Positions 37,685 to 50,791 of a stretch of DNA of 64,000 nucleotides are shown one piece after another. This stretch comes from Cystobasidiomycetes sp. EMM_F5 (Eukaryota). The DNA is taken from contig JBPGPT010000027.1 of assembly GCA_051047955.1 (NCBI GenBank), forward strand, positions 62,001 through 126,000, given 5' to 3'. Under the pieces are notes generated by a model. The model was not told where the DNA came from. It did no database searches and worked only from the letters and a program-made list of their open reading frames with translations. Each line of letters begins with the position of its first letter. Position 1 is the first letter of the stretch. Made by a program: the position numbers and the translations under genes.

Positions 37685-39646
37685 CTACATTGAAGCCAAC
37701 ACTTCTTCCGCTTTCCTCAGGAAAATATCTGCGTGTGCCTTCTCGAAAACCAGCATCGGGCGTAATCGCACAGCTGCAAGACATTCAACTTTACGAGGGA
37801 GCAGAAGCGCTGTTCAGGAGACGTACCTCTATCTCCACACCCTCCTACATTCACGCCCTTCTCCCTCATCTGCTTGACAAACGCGTCCCGCTTTGCCGGA
37901 GTCTCAAAGTCGAATGCTAGGAAAGTTCCCTCGCTAAGTGGGCAAACAAAGTGGAGTCAGCAGAAGAAATAGACAGCGGAAATGAACTTTACACACCCCT
38001 TCCCACGAAGGTTGAGCATGTTGCCCTTCCCAGACCCGGAGTTCTGCAATGCTTCTAGCTTGTCATACATGTATTGGCCAACTTCTCTCGTGTTTTCAAT
38101 TAGGCCGTCCCGTTTGATAATCTTGATCATTTCTCTAGCTTGGAGTGCACGGATAGGGTCGCCCATCCAGGTATTATACTGCCTGTACGAGGCCGTTGCT
38201 CTCGTTTCCAATTTATGGAAGAAACCAGCTGCCGTTGCTTTCTTGCTGAACGTGACGAAGTCAACTGACGGTAGACCATGTTCTTCCAACTGCCACTTCT
38301 CATGCGCCCAGAATGTGCCAGTTGCACCTATGCCTGTTTGTACTTCATCGCAAATCATGTAGACTCCACGTCTCGCTGTCAGCTCGCGTAAACCCCGAAA
38401 GAAAGAGGGAGATGCGTGCAGATCGCCTCCTTCGGACTGAATGGGTTCAACAATGACGACTGCTACTGGTTTGCCTTTTGCTTCCCACTCGGTGATGGTA
38501 GCATCGACTTGGGCAAGGCAGTCTGCTTCCGTCTGCTTGTTCGCTTCAAGGTGGTCTTCGAGTGGATACTTTAGGGCAGGGAAAGAACATGCGGGCCAGT
38601 CGAACGCAGGAATATCGAGCTTGTGGATAGCTTTCGAGCGGGTAGTAGACAGCGATCCGAAAAGTCGTCCGTGGAACCCGCCACGGAAAGAGAGGACTGA
38701 CAATTCAGGAGATCCCGGCTGGCATCAGATTTCAAGAATCAGCACATATGTTGTCGTGTCCTTCCGAGACATTGGCGATGCGAGACTTACAGTCTGATTG
38801 TTCATGCAGCTTGCAATCTCCTCTTTCGTGAAGTCCACGTTTGCACCTCGCTCTCTCGCTCGTCTAGCAAGAAAGGCAGCTTTGAGCGCTCCTTCGACCG
38901 CGCATGAACCGCACAACATCGTGAAAACCTGATTCAATCCTTTCGGCGCGACGGATAGTAGACCATCGTTGATGATGTCTCCCCATTTGTTTGAAGGGTA
39001 CGACCCTAAGGCTGGTCGGTTGATGGCTGCTGCGACAAATTCGTGCTGACGGAGGAGTACACAGAGTCAGAGAGTGACACGGCGTTAAAGATATTTAGGC
39101 AAAGTTGTGGAAGATGTGTGAGTGAGTGAGTCGAAGAGTGGAGGACAGCAAGCGGAAAGAAGTGAAAGCTGTTTAGCATAACATCTAGAAGTACTCAATT
39201 CCGCCATAATGCCTGACCAGTATCGGGCCAGATCATGCTATGCAATTTCGACGTACCGACTTTGCCAATGCGACGAGGTCTGGATGGTTGTATCCAACTG
39301 CAATAGAAGCAATCTGCGCAAAGACGTCCAGGAGGACATTTCCATCTGCGTCGACGAGGAAGTTGCCATTGGATCTTTCGTAGTCTACGACAAGCACATG
39401 GGCTCTGGGATCCTGAAACGCGCCAATCCTTTCGGAGAGCTCGGACGAAGTTGGACCAGGCAGCGACGGAGATGAAAGATGGGGAGTGGTGAATGAGGGA
39501 GATGGGAAGAGGGAAGTGCTGCCGGGAGAAGATGTCGAAGGTACCGCTGTTGCTAGACCTCGCTGGAGAAGGCCGTGATCTGGACTGGAGCTGGCGAACC
39601 TGCGCACGCTCGACGGACGGCAGCTGCGATGAGCTAGCCTGAGCAT
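37685..39646 (-). CDS. UGA1: 4-aminobutyrate aminotransferase (GABA transaminase), mitochondrial presequence
   Basis: LDVFAQIASIAVGYNHP, GSCAVEGALKAAF, FHGRLFGSLSTTRSKAIHKLDIPAFDWP, VEPIQSEGGD, DEVQTG, VTFSKK, NTWMGDP, VRLRPML. Confidence 0.96.
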
Positions 39647-40349
39647 AGTGCGCAGACTTGTATATGGCTGGTGACGCTATACGTTGGTCCAGCTGCGTGA
39701 AAGACGGTCGAGGCAAACCAGCAAACGTCAATCAATCAGTCATTCACTCAATCAGCAGGACTGCGGTATAAACGGCAGACTGCATTGACGGCATGAACTC
39801 ATAGCATGGCGCGATACAACTGGACGTGTCAGACGTATCCCGATACTTCCAAACCTGTTCGCCGGACTCTTCGACCGAGCCATGATTTGGGTCAAATTGA
39901 GCGCTTTGCCCTGAAGTGGGACCAGCGGCAGGCTAGCTGGCCATTCTCAGGTGTAAGCTCACATTCCATTCTCCTCGATAGCTTCGCCGAGCTTCACAGC
40001 CGAATTGATTAGCACTGGGCTGCATTTCCGACTGAAGCCCCGAGTTGGCCTCTCATGATGACTTGTGTACGCCTTCGTCCGTGACTGACTCGCCAGTCTG
40101 CGACAAACTGAAGAACTGGCTCGCATTGACATTACGCTGTTTTTTAGTCTCCTCCCGGCAGTATTGCAAGACAGCGTACTTGTGCTCGCTGACAACTTCA
40201 GAATGGCGTGTGCGTACTCTACGACGCGACATTCGCCTTTGGTCTACATTGCCTCGAAATGGAACTATTGATACGCTTCCAACGTGCCTGTTGCACTGAC
40301 TTCCAATTCGCATTGCAGCAAATTTGCATCTGATCCCGTCTGTCCTGCC

Positions 40350-41121
40350 TCATTCAATATCGACACGCCCATTACCTTGCTGAATGATGAGCCGTCCAGT
40401 GCCAATCGGGGCTGGATTGGATTTTACGCCTTCAGATTTCGACTTGACTGCAGCGGTACCTGGTCTGAAGATGAACTACAACAAAGGCAAGTCCATCAGC
40501 GAGGCAAACACAAAGAAGGCGACTCGACTACAGCAACTCACGTAGAGACTTGGAGCTGATCCCTTGTCCCATTCGAGATCGGTGACTGCGCACAGGGCCT
40601 GTGAAGGACAGACGTTGGTTCCCGGGCTCTGACTGACGAGGTAGATTTCATTGTGAATCCATCCCGTGCTCCAGTCGCTGAGAGTGGATCCTGAATAGAT
40701 TCCCGCAGTGTAGGCGAGGGACCAGATGCTGTGGTCGGTAGCGCACGTGTCTCCCCCGCTCGACGAGCCCTTCTCCTCGACGTAGCCCACCGATACGCAG
40801 GTGAGTCCGGCTTGCGTGACATTGACGCAGGCATTCTGACCGCTTGCATTCATGCAATGGTCTGATGCTCCGCCGGCGACAAAGCAGGTGTTGATGGATT
40901 TTGCAGGAACTTGGGAAAAGTACACGCAGGCCTGCACGTTTGCGCCTTGTGAGTCGAAAGAAGAGGCACCATCAGCATCCAGTGAAGTACAAGCACACAC
41001 CTACGACGACGCTGCAGCAATACAACACCTCACCTGCTCCTGCGTAAACGCCGACGAGACGACTAAGTCCGGGTGACGCTACCAAGGCAATTGCAAGTTT
41101 GAGCGTGGATGCGAGTGCCAT
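40350..41121 (-). CDS. Small secreted cysteine-rich protein
   Basis: Signal-like MALASTLKLAIALVASPGL..., a central exon with 8 Cys (NVQACVY...ALCAVTD) and a last exon FIFRPG...RVDIE*. Confidence 0.65.
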
Positions 41122-42026
41122 GTTGATAGTGAGTGGGTGGTTGTGGATGCAGGGAAGAGAGGGAAGTAAACAGTGAAGCTGACTGGATTTTGCAACCTAC
41201 CGTACCGTAATTACGACAGGAGCTGCTCAGGGATGCGAAGATGGATACGTTGGACGTCGCAGGGACGCGATGGCTCGAGAAGACGCGGAGGTCCCTGCTG
41301 CATGCATGATGTAAGTCCCTGCGTGGAGGACCAAGTCGTGTCGTTTACCAATCATAAGCGGTGATTTGGTCTGGTAATCCTGGCGCCGTCAATCCTGATC
41401 TCTTCTCACAAGCCGAGACCCCTCAGGCTAGACAGTCAACAAGCTACCGGTGGGCTCTATCTGACCTCTCCTGCAGATGAGGAGACACTCGTCACTCACT
41501 ACTTCTGCTGTTTCCTGCAGACATCCATAAATTAACGGCAATCCACCCCCAGCTCCGCGACACCCGTCCCAGCATTGATGTATCCTCTCGCTCGCCCGCA
41601 CCTGAGGAAGCCAAGGAGCGTGCGGTCTTCCAGTCGAGATTGGACGCGGCAGTTCTGCCTGTCCGCATCGCGGTCATCGGGGTCGTCTATGCACGCATGC
41701 AGAGTCGGTCAGCACGGACCTCGGTTCTGCAGGGCTGTCAGTATTTCCTTCGGTCGGCTCTTCGGTCCTGGTGGGTTTGAAGAAGGTTGGAAGTGGTTTT
41801 TGGAGGAGGAGGGGCTAGTTTGGCTTGAGTATCGTCCCCGCAATCATTTCTAGAGATACGTTTCCATCAAAGCAATACGTAGACGCCTTTCCGCCAATCA
41901 CTGTTGTCGTTTCTAGCGCGATACTCTGCCCATTCAATCATTCACCGTTGCCATTCTTGCGCTTGCTTTTTGATTCCTATAATGGACTGCCCATGCTGAG
42001 ACTGCCTTATGAATTGATGACTGGCC

Positions 42027-45000
42027 ATGACTGCCGCCGTGACTGAGGATGTCGCTGGCTTCCTGGAGGATGTACTGGGCAGGGACGCTGTCCTGACGCC
42101 ATCCTGCGGGAGGCTGAGGGAGATTCATGCTCGGATATCGCGAGAAGTGCAGGCTACGACGGTGCGCTAATCGATAACAAGACATTAGGACGATATGGTG
42201 GACAGCTAATACTCGCAATCAATTAGAACGCGCTGCATGACACGGTCACGAAAGAATGGTCTTCCCTCGAAAAGCAGCTGAGGACAACGCTGGATCTGGC
42301 AGAACGGCTGCAAGCTGTGCAGAGCGACGTGGCCAGAGTCGAGGGCGAGCTGGACGGGAGTGTGCGCCAGAATCCTGCTCGGCATTTTATGTGCGACTGA
42401 TCCATTTGAACTGCGAAATATCAATGCAGGACTCTGCGCTCAAGCCGCGGTTAGTGACCTCACTGCAAGCTCATACTGATACTGTCTCGCGATATACCGA
42501 GTCGAAAACATTGCTGGATCTACTGTCTTCCCTTCGTTCGGCACAGACTGCGGTATCGCTCGTAAAGACATGTCTGGACGAGTGTCAACTCGACGAAGCT
42601 GTGCGAGCGCTGCTGTCTGTAGGGAGGGTCTTGAACAATGACATCGAAGACTGGAAGCGCGATAATGAGCACTATACACATATCCAGGCAGGTCTGGTGC
42701 CATTCCGATGTCGTGACAACACCGGTGTAACTATCTCTTTTCGCACAGAACGATTGCAAACATCTTCGCAATCTACTCTGTGAACGCCTCGAGGCTGCTT
42801 ATGACTTATGCGTGGTTTTCGGCGAGAAGGGGATTGCAACGTGTTCCTTGGCGATTTACCAGCAAGCAACCCTCGGCGCACTATCGGCCAGTCGTACCGG
42901 TATATCCTTCGCTAGTGTCGTCGCATCATCTTCAACCCTCGGAGTACTCCATATCCAGCTGGAACGTACTGCAAAGCAGCTGTTGGCTAGGCTGGTGACG
43001 CCGCTATTCGAAAATGGCAATACAGAAATCGTCGAATCCGAAGATAGTCACACGATAGAGCTCCAACCTACATCGACTGTCGTGCCCCTGTCTCGCAAGA
43101 TATCTTCCTTGACAGCTATCCTCGACCAGCTCCGTCGAGGTTTCACATCGTCACCTGAACAGCTGGAGATTCTGCTCAAGCACATCATTCCTCCGATACA
43201 AAGCCTGCTCACAATTCACGTCCTGGTAGCGTCAGTACCTACGACTGCTTCTCACGATACATTACGACAATTCCAAGCCGTCTGCGATCAGGTAGCAGAT
43301 CTCGAGCAGACACATCTACGCCATGGTGATACATTCGAGCCAACCTTGCAGACTTGGGTAGATGACGCTCCGCTGCATTGGAGTCAGATGCTTATACAGA
43401 AAGCGTACGAGACGCTCAGGAGTGAGATTGCGAGCCCGGAATACTGGAACAAGACGGAGACTGTCATTTGGGAGCACGATGACGAATTCGAAACAACCAA
43501 GCCATTGCTTCTCGATGGAGAGGGTATCGTCAATGAGATTCTCTCTCCGAAGTCTCCAACTAGAACCGTCAAGTCACCAAATCCCGTCAAATCATCGTTG
43601 ATTCCGCAAAGCAAGAAGGCGGATATTGAGCATGTCATATCTCCTAAAACGCCACTGAACGATGCGTGGGGCTTTGACGAAGAATTTGATGACGATCACG
43701 ATTCCGACCGTGGCAGTGTTCCCTCACCACAGATTGGACGCAGCACAATTAGCCCGCCTTTGCAAGATGATTATGGGGATGAAGCAGAAGTAGGGTGGGA
43801 TTTTGAAGATGATGATACGATATCAATCGCAGCGTTGGGCAACCCGTTACCGGGAGAAACACCAAGTAGTGTAAGCGAGAGGCTAAGCACGTCGGCAGCG
43901 AAGCCAGGCGAACAGACAAATATGTCAACTCTCAAGCTTGAGAGTCATACCGTGACCAACAAACCGGCTTTTAACGGCTTTGCGCAGCAGCATACAAGTT
44001 CTCCGGACATGGCTGAGGGCGACGGGTGGGGCTTCGATCTGGACGCTGAACCATCGGAACAGTTCGGTCTATCCTTCAGTCCACCAACGTCGGCTGTGTC
44101 CATGTTTTTAAAGCCTGAGAAGAGCGAAGTCCGGGATTCAGTAGCAGCTCCGGTAGGCTCAATGGAATCCGTTTCTCAAGTCTCTGCAGCGCAAGTACCA
44201 CCGCTGCCTCGCCCGCTTCCGGTTCCAATCAATTCTGCGCGCGACCATGCTGTAGAGCTGGACAACGGAAGAGCAGACGTCACTGTCGAGAGGGAAAGTG
44301 CATCAAGCCATAGTGGCCAGCCTATCTCCCTGAAAATAGTCGAAGCCTTTCATTCCGGACATGACGTGGATCAGGGTGATCAGCTGGTCGAGGCCAGTCC
44401 TGCTACAAACTTTGATAGGGCATCTTCCAATTTAATACCCACTGGCACGAATGTCGCGCTTCCTCCATCGCCGATCATAGAAGAGTTCGACCAAAATGAC
44501 GAAGAACAAGAACAGCCGTCGAGTCAACCAGCTCCCCCCTTGCTTGGCCCTCAAACCTCATCTCAACCGGACAAGCACGACGTTCGCCAACCACTGGCCG
44601 AAAGCACCTTAGCTCTTTCAGCAGACTTTGGTGACCATCGCGTGCTACCGAATGCTCTGCAAAGCCCTGATGTTCCAGCTTTGCCACCGGATACAGATGC
44701 CTTTAATTCATTGATTCTACGGAATGCTGGTACAGCAGAGAGAGGACAACTGGGATCGACGGACGAAAGTGCAGATCTTTCTGTCGCGACATCTTCGCCT
44801 CTCATCGATTCAAGTCCATCGAAAGTCGCGGATGTCAGTGTCGAAGAAGCAGGAACGTCAGCCACCCCGATCAGCGAACCTTTCGTACAAAGCAATCTTT
44901 CCGAGCCGCAGAGGGAGGAGGTGGAGATCGGTGTCCTTGCGGACAGTCCAAATGCTCCGAGGTCAGAAAGTTCGCATGTTGCTGATACTGAAGAAGTCGA

Positions 45001-46903
45001 CCTTGCGCCCAAACAAGGGACAGCTCTGGACACGTCGCTTGATGCTTTGCAGTATTCTCTTGATGTCAGCATCGCCGCTTCAATTGCAAAAACCGAAGCG
45101 GGCGATGTCGCAGACGCCGATACTTCCGTAGGAAACGAATGGGATTTTGAAAACACGTCGACAGGATCTATTATTGGACATCTTGGTCAAGCTGCTAATC
45201 CACCGGCGACGGTCGTTGCATCGTCAGGGCACTCGAATGGCCCGCCTGAGGATCGTCTGGGGGAAGGCGCGTCAGTCGCGATCAGACCAGACGACACGAT
45301 AGTCAACAACGGCTCCTCAGCCTTGTCATTGGACGTACAGCCTGTGCACGCTATTACTTCGCAAAGCACGGTGCTAAGTGGATCAGTAGCGCCAAAAGGC
45401 GGTCGGCCTGCTAAGGACTGCACGCTGAACGATGGGGATGTGACTGAAGCAACGGAACCAGCAACGGCGCAGATCAAGGAGGAAGAAGATGACTGGTCTG
45501 CGTGGGACACACCGCAAGTAGAAGTGATAACGCCAGCGACTCTGCCTCTACGAGCGGCACCAATCATAGCGACCTCTAGGTCCAAGTCACCTACAATGCC
45601 TGCCCAAAAAAGTGTCCGGGCGGGTAGGCTTGGTGCTATTCGTAAGGCGGACTTAAATAGCACAGGAGACGCTGGAAGTCGTTCACTCTCTCTCGCTGCC
45701 GAGCCAAGTCAAAATGGTCATCATGATGCTGAACCAGAGCGGGAAGCGTCGGCCAAGCCCAGCGGGCAGAATGGTCTTAGAGCACTGCCGGATCCCCCGG
45801 TGATCCAGGTCCGCAATCCAGAATCTATGTTGATCTCAGTCAAAGCGCGAAGGGTTTTGGATATTTCAAACCAGCTACATACTGCAGCTGAGGCCGTTGC
45901 TGTGGAAGAGTAGGCCTTACTACACCAGAGAAATATGCGGACTCTAGCATCTGACAACCATCTCCCTGAACAGGTCGAAGTTTTCCAGCAGGGTTCCCGA
46001 CTTGACGTCCGCGTACCTTGGGACTTTCAACCTGTACCGCGCACTCATGCCGGTAGCCCACGACGCACTTCTGGCAAGCGTACCGTCTCTCGGTATGCAA
46101 TACGCGAACGACTGTGCCTTTCTGAGCCGCGATGCGATGCGAGCTACGAGAAAGCGGGCTTCTGACAAGGCTCTTACATCAGACCAGGCGAAAAGAGCAA
46201 AACTTGCATTCTCCAGCCTCGCTAATGAATCAGATCTTATAGTAAACAAGCAGATAGTACGTGACATGCATTGGCATTGCTTACGTGACTGAATTACGCG
46301 TCCTGCAGGAATTACAGCGACATAATGCCCTCGAATGCCTCTCGGATGCGTCCAATTTCGAAAACACGGATGAGCCCAGCCAATTTGCGATTACGCAAAG
46401 ATGCGTCCGTCAACTCGTGTCTGTACTGCAGCGGGTCGCACAGGCTTGGAAATCCGTCCTCCGCCCATCGATGTATACTTCCAGCATCGGCGAACTTGTC
46501 AATCACGTATTATACATAATTTTGCTCGACATAGAAGATCAGGAAGACATATCTGAGGAAGCATCTCGCAGACTGGGTGAGCTCTGTACCATGCTACATG
46601 AATTGGAGGATCTCTTCATAGTAGCAGGAGAGGTGAGCCGCAAAAGTTGTGTGCCTTGGTCAGCTCGGCTGATTGATGCACCCTTCATAGTCGCGCGTAG
46701 CGTTGCATGTCCCTGTTTGGTTCAAATTCAAGTTTCTATCGGAATTGCTCGATGCGTCAATGGCCGACATTATGTTTCTGTTCAATGACGGTCATCTCGT
46801 CGACTTCTCGTCCGAAGAACTTACCAAGCTTGTTAGAGCACTGTTCGCAGACAGTCCCTTACGCGAACGCAATTTGGCCACCATCAACAGTGGTAGACAT
46901 TAG
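42027..46903 (+). CDS. ZW10: ZW10/Dsl1-family ER-tethering/kinetochore protein
   Basis: C-terminal MQYANDCAFL, DISEEASRRL, VPVWFKFKFLSELLDASMADI...DFSSEELTKLVRALFADSPLR; N-terminal coiled coil; internal acidic Trp motifs. Confidence 0.88.
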
Positions 46904-47177
46904 AATAGCAGCGGACGCCAAATCTCGTCTTTCCTCGCCAGTCTATCAGTCTTCCTTGAATGACGAGCCGGGACCTGAGCATCTGGCCCCCAACCCTCGT
47001 TGCGCCCAGAGCCAAGCAAGCGCTGTAATTTACGAACGGTCACAAATGGCTTTGTTGATCGTGCTAGATAGTAGATGAAAGCGCTAACACAGCATCCTCC
47101 CAATCTACTCCCATTGTACATACCCCTACCTTGTATCCCTACGAAACCTGTATCCGCACCACTACCCGGCAGCGCTT

Positions 47178-48305
47178 TCAGCCCGTATAGGTGACAGCGC
47201 CTAGCGCGATACCGTAGCATCCGTAGGCGCCGGGCAGATTGTTCGGGATGACGGCGATGGCTCCACCGCAGAGACCGGGCTGAGGGGTAGCACTAAAGCC
47301 CGGATTCTGCCAAGGAAGATGCGCGATTAACAACGATGCTGGTGCGTCTGGGACGCGAGCATCTTACCTGTGAAAAGTCGATGTTACCGTTGGACTGGAT
47401 AGTGGCTTTCAGAGGGTTATTGTTTGCCGCGTCGTCGCTACCGCCAGTGACAACGTAGTTGACGGGATTTCCCTTGTAGTAGTAGAGCTCGGAGCCTTGC
47501 GAGAGGTCCTGTACGCTTCCATCGCCATTGAGGATAAAGACATCGGCAGAAGCAATGTTGGTAGTAAATCCGATAAACTGGTCACCCGTTCCGGAACGCT
47601 TGACGGCGTACTGGCCATAGCCAGGACCGCTGGTGATCTGAATGTAGAAGCCACTCGGCTGAGGCGTAAATGTCGTCGTAGTGGTTGTTTGTGTGGTGGT
47701 CACTGTCGTAGCGGTGGCCAGAACTGTGGTAGAAGGGGTGGTTGTTGCCTTTGCAGTGACTGTAACGGATGTAGTCTGGCCAGGGAGATCGAGACACTGG
47801 CAAGCCTGTTGGAGGATATGGGGACGGACAAGCGGCGTCAGGGCAGGCGTCAATGCAAAATGAGAATACATTAGCGACAAGAAGAACAATATCAAAATGG
47901 CAGACTTACGGCAGAGATGACAGAATCTGCAACGTATTTGAAGCAAGAGGGGGTTGGCACGGCTGCATACCTTTCCTCTAGTGCGCGCTGTCTGAGGACG
48001 AAAGCTGTGGAAGTCGTCGTGGAAATATCGGTTTGCGTTTGTGTCACGGTGGCTACTGTAGTTGTAACGGTCTGGGTGGCTGCCGTTACAGTTGCAGTAG
48101 TCTGGAAGGATGCAGTTGCGGTAGGAAGGTGTAGAAAGGATGAGCAGAAGGAGGTGGCTTGTGCATTGTGTGCCTGCTGAACGATGTAGTCGATGACGGC
48201 ACAAACGGGGGCAGCGAAGCCGCGTTCATCCAAAGCAGCATGACCGGCAGGCAAAGCCAAAGCTTGCTGAACGATAACGCTGAGAAGGGCTGTTTGGAAA
48301 AACAT
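47178..48305 (-). CDS. Secreted Thr-rich cell-wall-like protein
   Basis: Signal MFFQTALLSVIVQQALA, ATSFCSSFL motif, Thr-rich stalks, SA|CQCL and a globular C-terminal region ending GAVTYTG*. Confidence 0.7.
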
Positions 48306-49364
48306 GTCTGGATGAAGTTCGTGAATTTGTTCGATGGGGAAGAGTAAAGGAGACAAGAGAAGGGCAAGGTGGGATTCTCAAGCGCGCCAAAACGTTCGAC
48401 GGAGTTACGCGCAGGCCTTACTGTATTGTCGGCCCAGGTTATATGGATAATTATAGAATGGCACCGGAATGCATCCTGAAGATCGAGGTAATATTGTCAA
48501 ATAGCTGACCCTGGCATGTCGTGCCCTGACAGCCCTGACACGCCGAAGACGGTGGTTGAAATTAATTCAAAGGAGCTCAGTCCCGCAAGGATCTTTAGCG
48601 GCTCTGTGTGGATGATCCGTAAAGTTAGTAGCAACCGCAGCGTGTACAGTGTATATATGCTTGAGGGGTCAGAGTGGGGCTACATGCAGCAAATCGTCAA
48701 TCGTCCGCCCGGCAGCTGCAACTGCATTCAGTCAATCGCGGCAATGGACATAATAAGTTAGTCCATACGACTGATAGATCTCCTCGACACGTTTTGAAGA
48801 CGGCGGTTCCCGGATTAAGCCCCCTGTAATTAAGTAATCTCCGGAAGCTCGCCTGCTGGCGGAGTGCGGTGCGATATGGACCGTCGAGGTCTAGACCAGC
48901 GCTGTGATGAATGTCTCTGTCTGTATACCCGTCGTCCACCCGGCATTGCATCCGATTTGGTCCCCAGCATAGATCAGCTTCAACTCGTCGACTGGGTGCG
49001 GCTTATTCGCCAGGACGGTCAGGCAATACTGTAGTTGGGACTGCAGTATCACCCCCGAGTAATCAGCGGTCGCTGCGAGGAAGAGCTGGGCGCCTTTATC
49101 GCAGCTGGACTGTCTAATATCAGCTAACTTGTGCAGCTTGAGCGGGATGCCCAGCACGCTGTGGACCATTTGCGATCTTGGCTGACGTCTCTGTGCGATT
49201 GACCAACTGATGCTGGCGTATATCGTCATGGCTGAGCATGTCTCGAGCTCGGTCCGACATTCGGGTCGAGGCGATGAGGCCGTCGCGAGTCGCAGATATG
49301 CGAAGGGTATAAAATCAGCAACGAAGATGGCATTGATAGGCTTGTCGTTCTACAGCCATCAAAC

Positions 49365-50562
49365 ATGTCCGATACCTGCTTCATCAACAACGCCAACGTC
49401 GGCAGCATAAACTCGTGCACTGGCAAAGTCGAATACGGCTTTTACGACTACAACCCGCAGCTTTGGAACTGCGCATTGTTTGTTGCTCTCTTTGCCGTCA
49501 CAACACTTGCACACCTCTTCCAAGCCATCAAGGGAAGACAATGGTACATGCTGGCTACCGTCTTAATGTGCGGAGCGTGCGAGATCCTGGGTGTCAGTAC
49601 TAACTCATCATAGATGTGTGAACATGTGCGCTGACTCGTTCACTGACATCCATAGTGGAGTGGCAGATTGTGGTCGAATCGCTCCATCGAATGGGCTGCA
49701 TCTGAAGGCGGATACTGGAATAGCAATAAGACGGCTTTCCGTAGGCTTTCATTCTTTCTGCACAATCAGATCAGCGGGATCGCTAACCTAACTCCACAGT
49801 CATGCAGATCAGTACCCTCATCTTCGCACCAGCTTTCCTCGCTGCTTTCTGGTACATCGTCCTAGGGCGCATTATCCGTGTTCTCGGGTGAGGTTGTTCA
49901 TCTACCCTACAACCATGCTTCGTGCTAACCATTTGGGTCTCAGACCACAATACTCCAAAATAAAGCCACTCACATACACAATCTTTTTCATCTGCGGTGA
50001 CCTCGCATCATTAACTATCCAAGGCATCGGAGGTGGACTGGCTTCGGGAGCAACCACTTTAGAGGCTGCCAACAACGGTGCAAAGATTATGGTAGCTGGC
50101 GTGATAAGCCAGATGACGTTCATGGTATTCTACACCATCCTCCTCTTTACATTCGTCTACTGCTATCTACGCCGTAAACCGGTCAAGCAGTTCCGATTCC
50201 GCCAAACACAGCCTTTCACAGAAGTCCCTACTGGAAGGGTACCGCCCATCGTGGAACATAAAGCAAAAATCTTGCTTGCCGCTATGCTATTTTCCACAAC
50301 CCTCATCTTTGTCCGGTCGATTTATAGGACCATAGAATTACTCGATGGATGGCATGGACCTATCATCGCCAACGAAACCCTCTTCTGGGTACTCGACGCC
50401 ATCATGGTGTTCTTAGCGATGGCCACTTTCAACTTTATCCACCCCAACCAGTTCCTCACAGATGCTGGACCGACAGCTTCCATGCAGACGACAGACGAGA
50501 AGGAGTATGCAACGCATGGACAGCGCCTGTCATCTGGACAGAGTACGCCTGCAGTCGTTTGA
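49365..50562 (+). CDS. RTA1/Rsb1-family 7-TM lipid-translocating exporter-like protein
   Basis: YGFYDYNP, YTIFFICGDLASLTIQGIGGG, IFVRSIYRTIELLDGW, NETLFWVLDAIM, FNFIHP. TATAAAA at about 49308. Confidence 0.9.
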
Positions 50563-50791
50563 ACCTCATCATGGTAAACTCTTGTAACCAGCTTAGAATT
50601 GATTGTAACGATAGTTCCCAATGTACCACCGGGTTCTTTGCCAAATCAAGGACTGACTGTTGGCGACTTGTCCGTTGTTTGCGCAAGTGTGGCTTGAGGC
50701 ACGCTTGTTATCTGAAGGTTGCCCAAGCCATACTCCGCTTCGTCGAATTTTGTGAGGAAGTTGCGTTCTAGACAAATGCGTTCCACCTGTC

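Noticed and set aside
39806..40313. Short ORFs downstream of a TATAAA at about 39767
   Set aside because: No recognisable motif or convincing splice model; the region is probably UGA1 promoter or intergenic.
41400..41900. Short ORFs and splice-like signals upstream of ZW10
   Set aside because: No coherent protein could be assembled on either strand.
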